A DNA stretch of 36,549 nucleotides. Origin: a virus. Lineage: Duplodnaviria; Caudoviricetes. Every line of letters begins with the position of its first letter. Positions within the stretch are counted from its first letter, which is position 1. The stretch spans positions 1 through 36,549 of IMG/VR virus record IMGVR_UViG_3300030397_000159; one strand, given 5' to 3'. The notes under the pieces are model-generated. The model had not been told where the DNA came from. It worked only from the letters and a program-made list of their open reading frames with translations, and ran no database searches. Positions 26,370 to 35,264 of the stretch are shown piece by piece. The position numbers and the translations under genes were made by a program.

Positions 26370-26400
26370 ATATCTCTGTTACTCGTTAATTTTTAAATCT

Positions 26401-26646
26401 CTAGCCTAGCTGTAAGATTTTTCTCACATACTCCTTCAAGTCTTTACCCTTAACAAAATACTTTGGGTTGCTGCCCGATCCTAGATTAACTGACTTGAGT
26501 TTGCCGTTTCGTATCAACGAATACACTCGAAATCGTGAGGGCTTGAGGTTAGAGTCAAGTATCAAACCAAGCTCCTTGATCGCCTCTGGGCTGTACATTT
26601 CGTCAGCTTCAACTTTGTCTAATTTTCTTTTTATCTTGTTTATCAT
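26401..26646 (-). CDS. Excisionase/MerR-like winged-helix DNA-binding protein
   Basis: MYSPEAI...SRFRVYSLIRNGKLKSVNLG...YFVKGKDLKEY. Confidence 0.8.
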   Translation of the reverse strand: MINKIKRKLDKVEADEMYSPEAIKELGLILDSNLKPSRFRVYSLIRNGKLKSVNLGSGSNPKYFVKGKDLKEYVRKILQLG

Positions 26647-26655
26647 GGTCTCTTT

Positions 26656-26701
26656 ATGTTATCTAAAAAATAAATGATGTCAATGGGATAAATGTGGATA
26701 T
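26656..26701 (-). promoter_or_regulatory. Early promoter P3 with 9-bp repeats and DnaA-like box
   Basis: TTGACA-N16-TAACAT; ATATCCACA at 26693-26701. Confidence 0.72.
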
Positions 26702-27249
26702 CATGTTAATTTTAGTCTTCTGTCTTCACCATCCAAGTTAACCACTTTGCACATCTCGACTATCCGCGATGGGATGCGATCGCCTATGCGCTGCGACAAC
26801 TCGTCGAGATTGTAATTGCTGGTAAATATCATTGGGGTCATGTTTTCATATCGCTTGTTGACGATCATGTAAAACGTTTCAGCAACCCAGTCAGTAAGCT
26901 TCTCAGCGCCAATGTCGTCGATCGCTAACACTCCCTTAAAATCTTCCAATCTCTCCATGACAGTCTCGTACTCTGGGTATAGTTTTCTCTTGTCAAAATC
27001 ACTTCTCATGTCTTGAAGTAGCTTTGTGGAGTTCACAACCTTGTGATGAATGCCCATCAGAGCTAATTTTTGGCTCATAGCGAAGACTAAATGCGTTTTA
27101 CCTACTCCGCAGTCACCATGAAGATATAAACCTCTCCTGTGCTCTTTTAGAGCTTCTACGTGCTTTTGAATATCCTTGGGCACGTCAGAAAACTTAGCTT
27201 TGGCAAATCGTGGTGGTATTTTTATCTTGCAAGGGTTATAAGTTTCCAT
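26701..27249 (-). CDS. DnaC/IstB-like AAA+ helicase loader
   Basis: GDCGVGKT, LAIDDIGAE, IFTSN and RIPSRIVEM motifs. Confidence 0.92.
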   Translation of the reverse strand: METYNPCKIKIPPRFAKAKFSDVPKDIQKHVEALKEHRRGLYLHGDCGVGKTHLVFAMSQKLALMGIHHKVVNSTKLLQDMRSDFDKRKLYPEYETVMERLEDFKGVLAIDDIGAEKLTDWVAETFYMIVNKRYENMTPMIFTSNYNLDELSQRIGDRIPSRIVEMCKVVNLDGEDRRLKLT

Positions 27250-27955
27250 ATTTTCCTTTTTTCGCCGTTACTTGTGGCTTAGCATCAAAACTGTTTTTTT
27301 CCCATGTCCTCACTGCTGCTTTCCAGTTTTTCATTGGTGACTTACCAACGAGCCAGCCTTTACTTTCGTAATAATTATAAAACTTCTCTGAATCAACGTT
27401 ATTTTTTCTCTCTTTGCAATACTCCTCGATCTCACTGACTTTAGGTTTCTTAAACTTCTTGGTCTTGGTTTTCTTTTTTGGTTTTTTTTCTGGGACAGTA
27501 TTATCTAACCTTACCTTACCTAACCTTACCTTACCTATACTGGGTTGACCATTGGTTGCCAAGTGGTTGCCAGAGGGTAAAAAGTGACCATCTGGAACAG
27601 GTAAAGCATCCTCAGAATTAAACGTGTATGACCCATTCGCCCTTATGTATAGCCCTCTTTTCTCTTTCAAGTATTTAGTCTCTCTGTAACGATCTTTTCT
27701 GATCTGATTGTTTATGCGCCAATGCTTAACGACGCAAACACCACTGTCGAATGGTAATAAAAACTTCTTTGAAAAAAGCACTTTTAGTTCGTCGTCTGAT
27801 GCACCAATGACTCGCATTACCATCTTTGGACTTGCTATAAATCCATCATCGTCAGCGTTCATGCCGAGATGAAAATAGAGGAGTTGCGAGCCTTTGGGCA
27901 TGTCTAAAAACGCATCTGTACTTGTGATTTCGTCGCTAAACATTCTACGTGACAT
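27236..27955 (-). CDS. Replication initiator (replisome organizer)
   Basis: RRMFS...DAFLDMP..SQLLYFHLGMNADDDGF; C-terminal FYNYYESKGW.VGKSPMKNWKAAVRTWE. Confidence 0.9.
   Translation of the reverse strand: MSRRMFSDEITSTDAFLDMPKGSQLLYFHLGMNADDDGFIASPKMVMRVIGASDDELKVLFSKKFLLPFDSGVCVVKHWRINNQIRKDRYRETKYLKEKRGLYIRANGSYTFNSEDALPVPDGHFLPSGNHLATNGQPSIGKVRLGKVRLDNTVPEKKPKKKTKTKKFKKPKVSEIEEYCKERKNNVDSEKFYNYYESKGWLVGKSPMKNWKAAVRTWEKNSFDAKPQVTAKKGKYGNL
27505..27572. repeat. Iteron-like repeats inside the initiator gene (probable origin)
   Basis: CTAACCTTACCTTAC x2 (27505-27534) and TGGTTGCCA x2 at an 11-bp period, next to a T-rich tract. Confidence 0.6.
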
Positions 27956-27984
27956 ACTCCTTTTGTTACTACTATTTTGTAATC

Positions 27985-28015
27985 ATTCTATCAACCAAAT
28001 AAATGGTGTCAATGA
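27985..28015 (-). promoter_or_regulatory. Early promoter P2 for the replication genes
   Basis: TTGACA-N16-TAGAAT with the CATTGACACCATTTA core. Confidence 0.75.
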
Positions 28016-28027
28016 AAGATATGTGCA

Positions 28028-28495
28028 TTACTTGTGCACAGCTCGACCCCAACAATGCTCTGACCAACCCCAATCTCTCAAGCCATTAAGAGCATAAAGA
28101 TGCTCTGCATATGTGATGTTGTCTGCTTCAAGAAACAAATCTAATCCCATGGCGACAGCAGTCTCTTTGTGATAGAACAGATTGATTTGACATATACCAA
28201 TGTCTAAATTATTCTGCCTACCCCTCAAAACAGTAGCGCCGTCAGTTTCATAATGCGTCGGCTGTGCATATGGATCACCCTTACTCTCACAAGCGCACAC
28301 ATGCTTCAATGGATAGCTCAGTTTTAGCTCCTGTAAGCTCTCAGATGACACATTGGTACTAGTTGCTAGTATTTGCCCCTCAAGCTTTATATACGTCATT
28401 TTAGACGGCAATAAAGACATGATAAACCCTGCTACCATGACCGATATAGCGATGGTAGCTATAGGTATGGGTATACTATCTTTTTCATTTTTCAT
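28028..28495 (-). CDS. Membrane-anchored lysozyme-like / lytic transglycosylase-like protein
   Basis: N-terminal TM helix; CES (catalytic Glu)...VLRG...DIGICQIN..YH...NITYA..LY...G..DW..S..CW. Confidence 0.8.
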   Translation of the reverse strand: MKNEKDSIPIPIATIAISVMVAGFIMSLLPSKMTYIKLEGQILATSTNVSSESLQELKLSYPLKHVCACESKGDPYAQPTHYETDGATVLRGRQNNLDIGICQINLFYHKETAVAMGLDLFLEADNITYAEHLYALNGLRDWGWSEHCWGRAVHK

Positions 28496-28508
28496 ATTGT
28501 TTCGCGCA

Positions 28509-28877
28509 CTAATCTAAGTCAGATTGCCACTTGTGATTTGATAGAGCTGGGCTGGTATACCAAAGCTCTTTTTCGATCTGATCTTCAGATACGCCCTGGG
28601 TACTTATTGGTGCTTTTTCAGTACCAGTGAAAGTAAACCCATGACTTTGACACGTCTTGTGTTGGCTGTACGTTACCCAAAAGTTAGGATATTCATTTGC
28701 ATGTTTTTGCAAAATCGAACAGTCAACCACTGATTGCTTCTCTAGCCCCATCACAAGCACAAAGAATAGTGCAATGACCAGAGATGCAGCCAGAATGCTT
28801 ATAATGATTTTGTGGATCGCCCACATCACTACATTGTCTGACTCCATTTTGCTCTGATTGTCTCGTTGGTACTTCAT
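28509..28877 (-). CDS. Membrane protein
   Basis: Single TM helix followed by a Cys pair. Confidence 0.65.
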   Translation of the reverse strand: MKYQRDNQSKMESDNVVMWAIHKIIISILAASLVIALFFVLVMGLEKQSVVDCSILQKHANEYPNFWVTYSQHKTCQSHGFTFTGTEKAPISTQGVSEDQIEKELWYTSPALSNHKWQSDLD

Positions 28878-28882
28878 ATAAA

Positions 28883-29143
28883 TTATAACTTAAAAAAGTT
28901 TCTAAACGACCAATAAATAAAACGTGGCGTGGTCATGTGGTAGCGACCTAATACTGGGCTGTGTTTCTTACACAACCCAAGAGTGCCCCACTCTTTTCTA
29001 CAATTGTCGCAGTTATGTGCATAGTACGCCTCACTCTTTCTCATTGGCACTTTAGTAACTGCAACTGGCTTAAACTTTCCTGTGCTTATTGTTTCGATCT
29101 CCATACTATGCGTTTGGATTATTTGGACAAACAACAACATCAC
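28883..29143 (-). CDS. Small zinc-binding hypothetical protein
   Basis: CDNC...CKKH; probable start MEIETI. Confidence 0.55.
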   Translation of the reverse strand: MMLLFVQIIQTHSMEIETISTGKFKPVAVTKVPMRKSEAYYAHNCDNCRKEWGTLGLCKKHSPVLGRYHMTTPRFIYWSFRNFFKL

Positions 29144-29402
29144 CTACTACTAATTGGTCGTTGTTTAGTGGGTATTGCTCAATTGGGTATGCTTGCATAA
29201 AAATATTTGTCGCGTTCTCGTTCTTCTCAAGACCGTCTAGTTTGCCCTCATCGTTTATAAACATTATGGTGTCATCATCAATCTGAATCACGTCAATGTA
29301 TCCACCAACATATGCCTGTAGCTCTTTTAAAGAAAAAGTTTTTCCGTCTTTTGGTTCAATCTCTTTGATTGTTCCATCTGTTTTATAAAGCTTTCCTTTC
29401 AT
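29106..29402 (-). CDS. DUF3846-like protein
   Basis: FSLKELQAYVGGYID...MFINDEGKLDGLEKNENAT...LVVGDVVV. Confidence 0.82.
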   Translation of the reverse strand: MKGKLYKTDGTIKEIEPKDGKTFSLKELQAYVGGYIDVIQIDDDTIMFINDEGKLDGLEKNENATNIFMQAYPIEQYPLNNDQLVVGDVVVCPNNPNA

Positions 29403-29431
29403 GGTTTGTTTTTGTTAATGCTAATAAATAT

Positions 29432-29486
29432 ATTGTAATCGTTATGTAAATGATGTCAATGGGGTAAATGGCATAACTGTGGATAA
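29432..29486 (-). promoter_or_regulatory. Early promoter P1 with 9-bp repeats and a perfect DnaA box
   Basis: TTGACA-N16-TACAAT; TTATCCACA at 29478-29486. Confidence 0.8.
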
Positions 29487-29489
29487 CAC

Positions 29490-29524
29490 AAAAGAAAAGA
29501 CACGCAGCCTCCTACTACGTGTCT
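29490..29524 (-). terminator. Intrinsic terminator ending the late/lysis operon
   Basis: AGACACGTAG-TAGGAGG-CTGCGTGTCT followed by TTTCTTTT. Confidence 0.85.
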
Positions 29525-29602
29525 CCCTATGGCATGGGGGAAATGTAAAAACCCCAAAGTAAAAAATGTAAAAGTGGGATACCCGTAACCACTAATACAA
29601 GT

Positions 29603-29824
29603 CTATTCTACCATGCTGCCTTTAGAGGCTGCAACGACTTCGCTTTGACGATCAATGGTGCGGATAGCAACTGATGTACCAAGTAGTATCTCAATAGCTT
29701 GTACGAAAGCGCTGACACCGCCCTCATCGAGATATCCATTCATTTGCAGTGACAAAAGAACAGCAACAATGGCAACTTTCCAAAATCGAACGCTACCTAA
29801 AAATGCTAGTTTTGATGAGTTCAT
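29603..29824 (-). CDS. Holin-like two-TM protein
   Basis: SVRFWKVAIVAV... with two hydrophobic helices, downstream of the endolysin. Confidence 0.65.
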   Translation of the reverse strand: MNSSKLAFLGSVRFWKVAIVAVLLSLQMNGYLDEGGVSAFVQAIEILLGTSVAIRTIDRQSEVVAASKGSMVE

Positions 29825-29829
29825 ATGTA

Positions 29830-31152
29830 CTATTTTCTAGCTAGTAAAGTCTTCTTTACAAGAGCAATTGTAGCCTCGATAGCCTTTCTTAGCTTTGCAT
29901 TCTCTGCCTTAAGACGGGCGACTTCATCAGTCTGTAGTGCGTGCTCCTCTGCAACTTTTTCTGGTTTCTTGTTGAACAGTCTAAAAACATGCTCTTCAAG
30001 TATCTCAGTAAGGTCTGGCTTATCGCTAGTGATGTCTTGGTGGATCAACTGTGTCTCTTCTGTAAGTTCATAGTCATTTGCAAGAGCGTGCCACTTTGCG
30101 ATCTGTTGTGCACATGCGTATTGCCACTCTGTTAGATTCACCTCATCTTTCTCAATCTTTCCGCTCTTGTCGCGGTCAATGCCACCAGTGTACTCAACAC
30201 CGTCGAGGTATAGGTTAGGGTTCACATATTTACCGCCAAGTTGATTGTCTTTGACTGCAATCTTTTTGAATCGTGCGTGTGTTTTCGCTGTGATACGACC
30301 TGCGTGCCAAAGCTTCTGGTTGAGCCTACCTAACTGTGCAATCTCTCCAACATTCCTACCAACCAAGAAGAGAGAAGAGCCACCATTGCCATATGTACGT
30401 GTGATTGGATCATAACCATCAACAAGCCAACCAAGATCACCATTGTAATTGAGAGAAGTGGTCGCGTGGTGCACAAGACCTTTCTTTTTCATTCCAGTGT
30501 GGGAGTATTTACGCGTCTGTCTAAAAGTGACTGGATACTTTTTACCGCCGTATTCTATGTGTTTTAGAAAATCCATATTTTCATATAAAAAACTTTTAAT
30601 GCTACTAACCATACCAAGTAGATTATCTTGGTTATAGTCCCAGTGGTGTGTCTTGTCCTCGTGTGGCATTTCAAGAATATGGTCGAACATAGAGTGACCA
30701 CACAGCTCGTGTATGATCCTGCGTACCACCTCATTTAGCTTTTTACCGTCTGGTGTGACAATACGTCTATCTTTCCTCTTAAAGCTGCCAGTAAGGACGT
30801 TTTCAGAAACCCCATGCCTCTTATCAAGTGATTGACCGCGCAATGTGTTGTATTTGTAGGGCTTGAGCCATTGATCGAGAGACCAGTAACCAATAACAAA
30901 GTGATAATCGAGTGCATCAAGTGTGTGCGTTTTGGTAAACCATTCGTTGTCGATGGAGTGACGCAACTTACCGTTTACTACTCTCACTCTTTTTTCAAAC
31001 ACTGGGCTTTCTTTCTCTGCTTTCTCCACATCGAACTCAAACATAAAATCACCACGCTCTGACGTGATCTCATTCACTTGCTCTAAAATATCATCCCAGT
31101 CCTTGCTGCGCATTCCTGCATGATCTAAGATTTTTACTTTAAAGGTTTTCAT
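29830..31152 (-). CDS. Endolysin (peptidase-like domain + Amidase_2-like domain + coiled coil)
   Basis: IIHELCGH; LVHHAT...GEIAQL...LWHAG...GVEY...IHQDI...KPD; flanked by membrane genes. Confidence 0.78.
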   Translation of the reverse strand: MKTFKVKILDHAGMRSKDWDDILEQVNEITSERGDFMFEFDVEKAEKESPVFEKRVRVVNGKLRHSIDNEWFTKTHTLDALDYHFVIGYWSLDQWLKPYKYNTLRGQSLDKRHGVSENVLTGSFKRKDRRIVTPDGKKLNEVVRRIIHELCGHSMFDHILEMPHEDKTHHWDYNQDNLLGMVSSIKSFLYENMDFLKHIEYGGKKYPVTFRQTRKYSHTGMKKKGLVHHATTSLNYNGDLGWLVDGYDPITRTYGNGGSSLFLVGRNVGEIAQLGRLNQKLWHAGRITAKTHARFKKIAVKDNQLGGKYVNPNLYLDGVEYTGGIDRDKSGKIEKDEVNLTEWQYACAQQIAKWHALANDYELTEETQLIHQDITSDKPDLTEILEEHVFRLFNKKPEKVAEEHALQTDEVARLKAENAKLRKAIEATIALVKKTLLARK

Positions 31153-31514
31153 TATACTGTTGGTGATTGACCCTGTTTGGCAAGATAGATAAGAAGTTGC
31201 CTATATTGCATATACGCATATGATAGCAATACAAAGACAATGACCGCAATGGTGAGAACAAATATAGCTGAGTTAAGCGGTGAGAGCCTGCTTTCAAGTA
31301 GCGTCATGACACGAAACGTCAAACTCTGCAATACCATTGCAGAAAGTGCAGCTACAAAAGACAGCACAATGTGCTGTACATACTTCAATCGCCTATCCTC
31401 GCGTTTAAGTTTTATGTAGTGGGCTATGAAAAATGCAAGAGGTATCAAAATCGCTATACGTATAACGACAACAGCAACACCAAGGGCATCAATTATTGTT
31501 TGATCTGGTAACAT
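31152..31514 (-). CDS. Three-TM membrane protein (holin-like)
   Basis: Three hydrophobic segments in the lysis cassette. Confidence 0.6.
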   Translation of the reverse strand: MLPDQTIIDALGVAVVVIRIAILIPLAFFIAHYIKLKREDRRLKYVQHIVLSFVAALSAMVLQSLTFRVMTLLESRLSPLNSAIFVLTIAVIVFVLLSYAYMQYRQLLIYLAKQGQSPTV

Positions 31515-31761
31515 CTATGTTTTGTTTTTTAACAAGTTCTAGTAAGACATTTGAAAGCACATCGCGTGTTTCTTTTGTCACTTGGTTGTTATTCTTGATA
31601 ACTGCTTTTAGTTCTGCCTTACTCTGCGCATCTTTCTCTACAACACCAATTACCATCTTACTTAACTCTGTGTGAGATTGCCACATTCTCCACAACAAAA
31701 CACCAAACCCTGCTGCAACCCCTGCTATTCCTGTTATCTCTCCAACACCTAATGTGTCCAT
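31489..31761 (-). CDS. Single-TM coiled-coil lysis-cassette protein
   Basis: N-terminal TM helix followed by a coiled coil. Confidence 0.6.
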   Translation of the reverse strand: MDTLGVGEITGIAGVAAGFGVLLWRMWQSHTELSKMVIGVVEKDAQSKAELKAVIKNNNQVTKETRDVLSNVLLELVKKQNIDVTRSNNN

Positions 31762-31772
31762 ATATTTGTTTT

Positions 31773-33299
31773 TTAATTACCCTCTGCTTCCCAAAAAATA
31801 GCTGCTGTTCCTCCCCAGTTATCAATCTGTGTTTGATTTAACGTAAAACCATCATCTGTAACATCTATTATTCTACCCCTAACTGCATCGCTTCCAGCGC
31901 TAGCATCTCCTATTTGTATTCTCCAAGCATAGTTGTCTGTTGAACTACCACCCCCACTACCATTAACAGGATAAGAATATGCACAATTATCTGATTCTGC
32001 CTCTGTCCAAGCACCAGTAGATACTGTTTGACCGTAATCTTGTTGATCTGTTCCGTATGTTGGACCAACCGCAAAGACACGCACAATCCTTGGTCTAAAA
32101 CCAAGACTTATAACAGAAGAAGCTGCACCCGCGAGCGTTAGACGACCCTGCTTTCTTTGGATTCTAACTAATTCAGCATCTATTTCACCATCACTATTAG
32201 TCTTAACAATCTGGTTTTCGTTACCCTCAAGCGTCTTAAAATAAAGATCAGTATTAACGATAGCGACCCAACCATCAGTAGTATTATTGTTGAATGCCCC
32301 ACCGTTTGCATATGGATTACCCCCACCACCACCTAAGTTTGGATGATTTGACGTGTCATTTGTAGATGGCTCTATAACAATCCAATATGTGTTGCTGAGT
32401 GTCATTGCTGAAACTTCACTTGTAAATGTAGCCTCAAACTCAGAATCATCTGCTATATCAAGCCAATCAGCATTACTTATTGTGACTGTACCTAAAGCTG
32501 TACCAGATGGAGCACCAGAAGCATCAGCTTGTAGTGAGATAACAACATCACCAGTGAATGTGCCAGTATCTGCTTTCTTAAAGAGCTTTACACCACGCAT
32601 CTTGGACTTACCAACAATGAAAGATTGAGCAAGGTCAACGTTGTTTGACGCTGCATCTGCTTCACCAACTGGTAGTGTTGTAGATGATGTTGTTTGTGTT
32701 TGATCTTCACCTGAAATGGTCACATCGTCAGAAGTAAATGCAGGGTTGTTTGCATCTTCAATCTTGATTGCTGACGTTGTTTGCACCTGCGCCCTTAGAT
32801 CAGCAATATTTGAGTTGACAATAGTTGTTGCTGAGTCTGGCACGGTAACATCTGCAAGACGATACCACCCATCGTTTGAGACTGCTGTATCAATCGCTGA
32901 GTCTGAAAGTGCAGAAGCACCTGACCCTGTCACAAGCTCTATAGTCCCAACGTTTGTTTTGAGCGCGCTTGGCTCTGTGTCCTTATCCACACGAATGATG
33001 ATCGCGTCTACTCGATCTGATCCTGATGAGTTACTGGCAACTGCGATCGTTTCTATTGCGGTGCTGTCAATGATGACTTTCATTGTGCGACCGCTGATAG
33101 TTACCTCAACAAGAGCTGAACCAACAGCCACCTCAACATTCATGTCTGGCACACTCCTCTCTGTTACTTGTAGACCTAATGTGCCATTGGATTTGTCACC
33201 AAAAATGCCCTCATTGAGCATCTGAGATTGTAGCCACTGTAGCTCCTCGTCTGTATATTGAGCCGTCGATGAGTTTATTACGAATGTTTTGACTGACAT
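31773..33299 (-). CDS. Tail fibre / receptor-binding protein
   Basis: Baseplate-type N-terminus (DMNVEVAVGSA...DRVDAIIIR...LADVTVP), central LAQSF carbohydrate-binding-like module, and LGFRPRIV...DDGFTL tip. Confidence 0.8.
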   Translation of the reverse strand: MSVKTFVINSSTAQYTDEELQWLQSQMLNEGIFGDKSNGTLGLQVTERSVPDMNVEVAVGSALVEVTISGRTMKVIIDSTAIETIAVASNSSGSDRVDAIIIRVDKDTEPSALKTNVGTIELVTGSGASALSDSAIDTAVSNDGWYRLADVTVPDSATTIVNSNIADLRAQVQTTSAIKIEDANNPAFTSDDVTISGEDQTQTTSSTTLPVGEADAASNNVDLAQSFIVGKSKMRGVKLFKKADTGTFTGDVVISLQADASGAPSGTALGTVTISNADWLDIADDSEFEATFTSEVSAMTLSNTYWIVIEPSTNDTSNHPNLGGGGGNPYANGGAFNNNTTDGWVAIVNTDLYFKTLEGNENQIVKTNSDGEIDAELVRIQRKQGRLTLAGAASSVISLGFRPRIVRVFAVGPTYGTDQQDYGQTVSTGAWTEAESDNCAYSYPVNGSGGGSSTDNYAWRIQIGDASAGSDAVRGRIIDVTDDGFTLNQTQIDNWGGTAAIFWEAEGN

Positions 33300-33303
33300 A
33301 TGT

Positions 33304-34344
33304 TTATAGGTTTTCTTCTAGTAATTTTAATCTCTCGTCGATATCTTTGACCTTATCCAAAAACTGAGTTGGTAGATCGCTGATAGTTATTGAAAGTCTT
33401 TTTTGATCTCCTAAATATTCTACTTTCTTTTCTAGCACCTGATAGTTGTCATCAATGTCAACCAGCTTATTCTTAATCTTTACTCTTATTTTATCACCAA
33501 TTTCAAAATTATCTTCAACGCGAGGTGATAACTTCACGTCTGGGCTAAACTCATTCTGCATAAGGCTAGCGTTGGTAAAGTCATCTAGGTCGTCTTGGCT
33601 GTTGGCAACCCTAAAGTCTGTGTAACTCTCGATGATGCCGTATTTTGCTTGTCCAGCAGTATCTTCTTGTGTCGATGTTCGAGAGTCTGACTTACCAAAC
33701 GCCTTGGTCACAATAGAGTCCCCACTATCACGCACTGAGAAGCTGAGGATGTTTGCGCTTTGTTTCTGGTCGATGTCATACTCAAAAATAACAGTATCAC
33801 TCACATCACTACCAATCTCACTCAAGAAGTTGAGTTTGCGGTCATTGTCTATGAAAAACTGACTACTCGTTGAGTCGCCTATGCTTTTGAGAATAGTGAG
33901 CACGTCTGCATAGTTGTATACATTGTTCACGGTACTTGAGACTGCAAGATTACCTATAGAAATACCAGTATCCTCATCAGCATTGATCTGATTCATAAGA
34001 TCAGTAATGACCGCACTGGCTGTACCATTCGTTGCATAATCATCACCAACTATGCGCTTCTCAAGAATGTGTACAAGCTCTAAGCATCGAACACGGACGA
34101 CATCGAGGTCGATATCAAGCTCGCTGATGATGCCCCAAAACTTAACGACACCGTCCTCTATGATGGAGATGCGGTTATAATGACGCAGGTTGTCAGTCGT
34201 TGACTTCTCGTTGTCGAGCCTGATGGTAAACTCAGCCGTTCCAGTCTTTCCAACAGTCTTTTTGTATTGAGTCCGCGTGGTTTCAAACTCAAAAAAAGTT
34301 GTAAGCTCAACATACGACTTGCTGTATATCTTGATAGTTCTCAT
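33304..34344 (-). CDS. Tal-like minor tail / baseplate hub protein
   Basis: Follows Dit; FEIGDKIRV...YQVLEK C-terminal motif. Confidence 0.75.
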   Translation of the reverse strand: MRTIKIYSKSYVELTTFFEFETTRTQYKKTVGKTGTAEFTIRLDNEKSTTDNLRHYNRISIIEDGVVKFWGIISELDIDLDVVRVRCLELVHILEKRIVGDDYATNGTASAVITDLMNQINADEDTGISIGNLAVSSTVNNVYNYADVLTILKSIGDSTSSQFFIDNDRKLNFLSEIGSDVSDTVIFEYDIDQKQSANILSFSVRDSGDSIVTKAFGKSDSRTSTQEDTAGQAKYGIIESYTDFRVANSQDDLDDFTNASLMQNEFSPDVKLSPRVEDNFEIGDKIRVKIKNKLVDIDDNYQVLEKKVEYLGDQKRLSITISDLPTQFLDKVKDIDERLKLLEENL

Positions 34345-35261
34345 ATGGTTGTGTTGCGATGCTTAACACTAAATGTGGCGGTAGGAAAGTAGAGTGTGAT
34401 GTATGGGTCTTCGTCAGATATATACATGATCTCATTTGCACCCTGTTGTAGCAATATGAACATGCTTTGATTGCTTATCAAACCGCTCAAATCGAGGCCG
34501 TCTTGATCGACGACAGTACCCTCTTTGCTGTCTATCTCAACCCACTTTGTGTCGTCAGCAATGGTAGTAGCTATCTCAAACATGGCTCCCGTAGTGAGAT
34601 TCTTGACTACTGGGTTGGTAATAGCGCCCTGAGACTCGCCATTTATGCGTATTACAGTGTTTGCAGACGCACCACCAGTGTTTGTAACGGTAAGCACGTT
34701 CTCGTTGCTTAGAGACCAGCTAAACGGCACATCAAGGGGTACTGTGAGTCCGCCGTTATCCACATAACCACGCGTACCATTCGACGTGTTTTCCGTCTGC
34801 GAAATGATAAACGGATCATCTGCTTTGAGAGTAAAGCGAAAATCAAGCCTATAGACTTGCTTGAGTCTCCTGTCTACACGTAGGTTTCTGAAAATCTTAG
34901 CCTCGATTTGCCATGAGTCGCCATTTGCATCAGTCCATTTGACTGTCACATAGCCATTTTTGATCGTGCTTGGCTGCGTAGGTAGTGCCAACACTTTCTG
35001 CATGTTCTTGCGCACAGTCTCTGCATCAGCCTCAGTGTCTCCAATAATAACGCCCTCAAAGGTCATGTTGCGCCTACCATAGTAACTAAAGAAATCCCAG
35101 ATACCATGCTGACCTTGCTTGTCGATTTCTCGACCTTTCACATCAACGTCAAAGTCTGGGTATTGCAGTAGTGCGATTATCTGACTTGGAGTAGTAGTGT
35201 GGTCGTTTATAACGAAACTATCGCCGTTTTTGTTTTCGATTGTATATTGGTAGCCTATCAT
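34341..35261 (-). CDS. Distal tail protein (Dit)
   Basis: YGRRNMTFEG...FTLKADDPF...VTNTGG...LQQGANEI; follows the tape measure gene. Confidence 0.82.
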   Translation of the reverse strand: MIGYQYTIENKNGDSFVINDHTTTPSQIIALLQYPDFDVDVKGREIDKQGQHGIWDFFSYYGRRNMTFEGVIIGDTEADAETVRKNMQKVLALPTQPSTIKNGYVTVKWTDANGDSWQIEAKIFRNLRVDRRLKQVYRLDFRFTLKADDPFIISQTENTSNGTRGYVDNGGLTVPLDVPFSWSLSNENVLTVTNTGGASANTVIRINGESQGAITNPVVKNLTTGAMFEIATTIADDTKWVEIDSKEGTVVDQDGLDLSGLISNQSMFILLQQGANEIMYISDEDPYITLYFPTATFSVKHRNTTI

Positions 35262-35264
35262 TGT

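Noticed and set aside
23912-29486. Recurrent AATG-type repeats as a CRISPR array
   Set aside because: They are short, dispersed and coincide with promoters; there is no repeat-spacer periodicity and no cas operon.
31773-33299. Diversity-generating retroelement targeting the tail fibre
   Set aside because: No reverse transcriptase and no template/variable repeat pair were seen.
625-34712. All plus-strand ORFs in the track
   Set aside because: They are antisense shadows of well-supported minus-strand genes.
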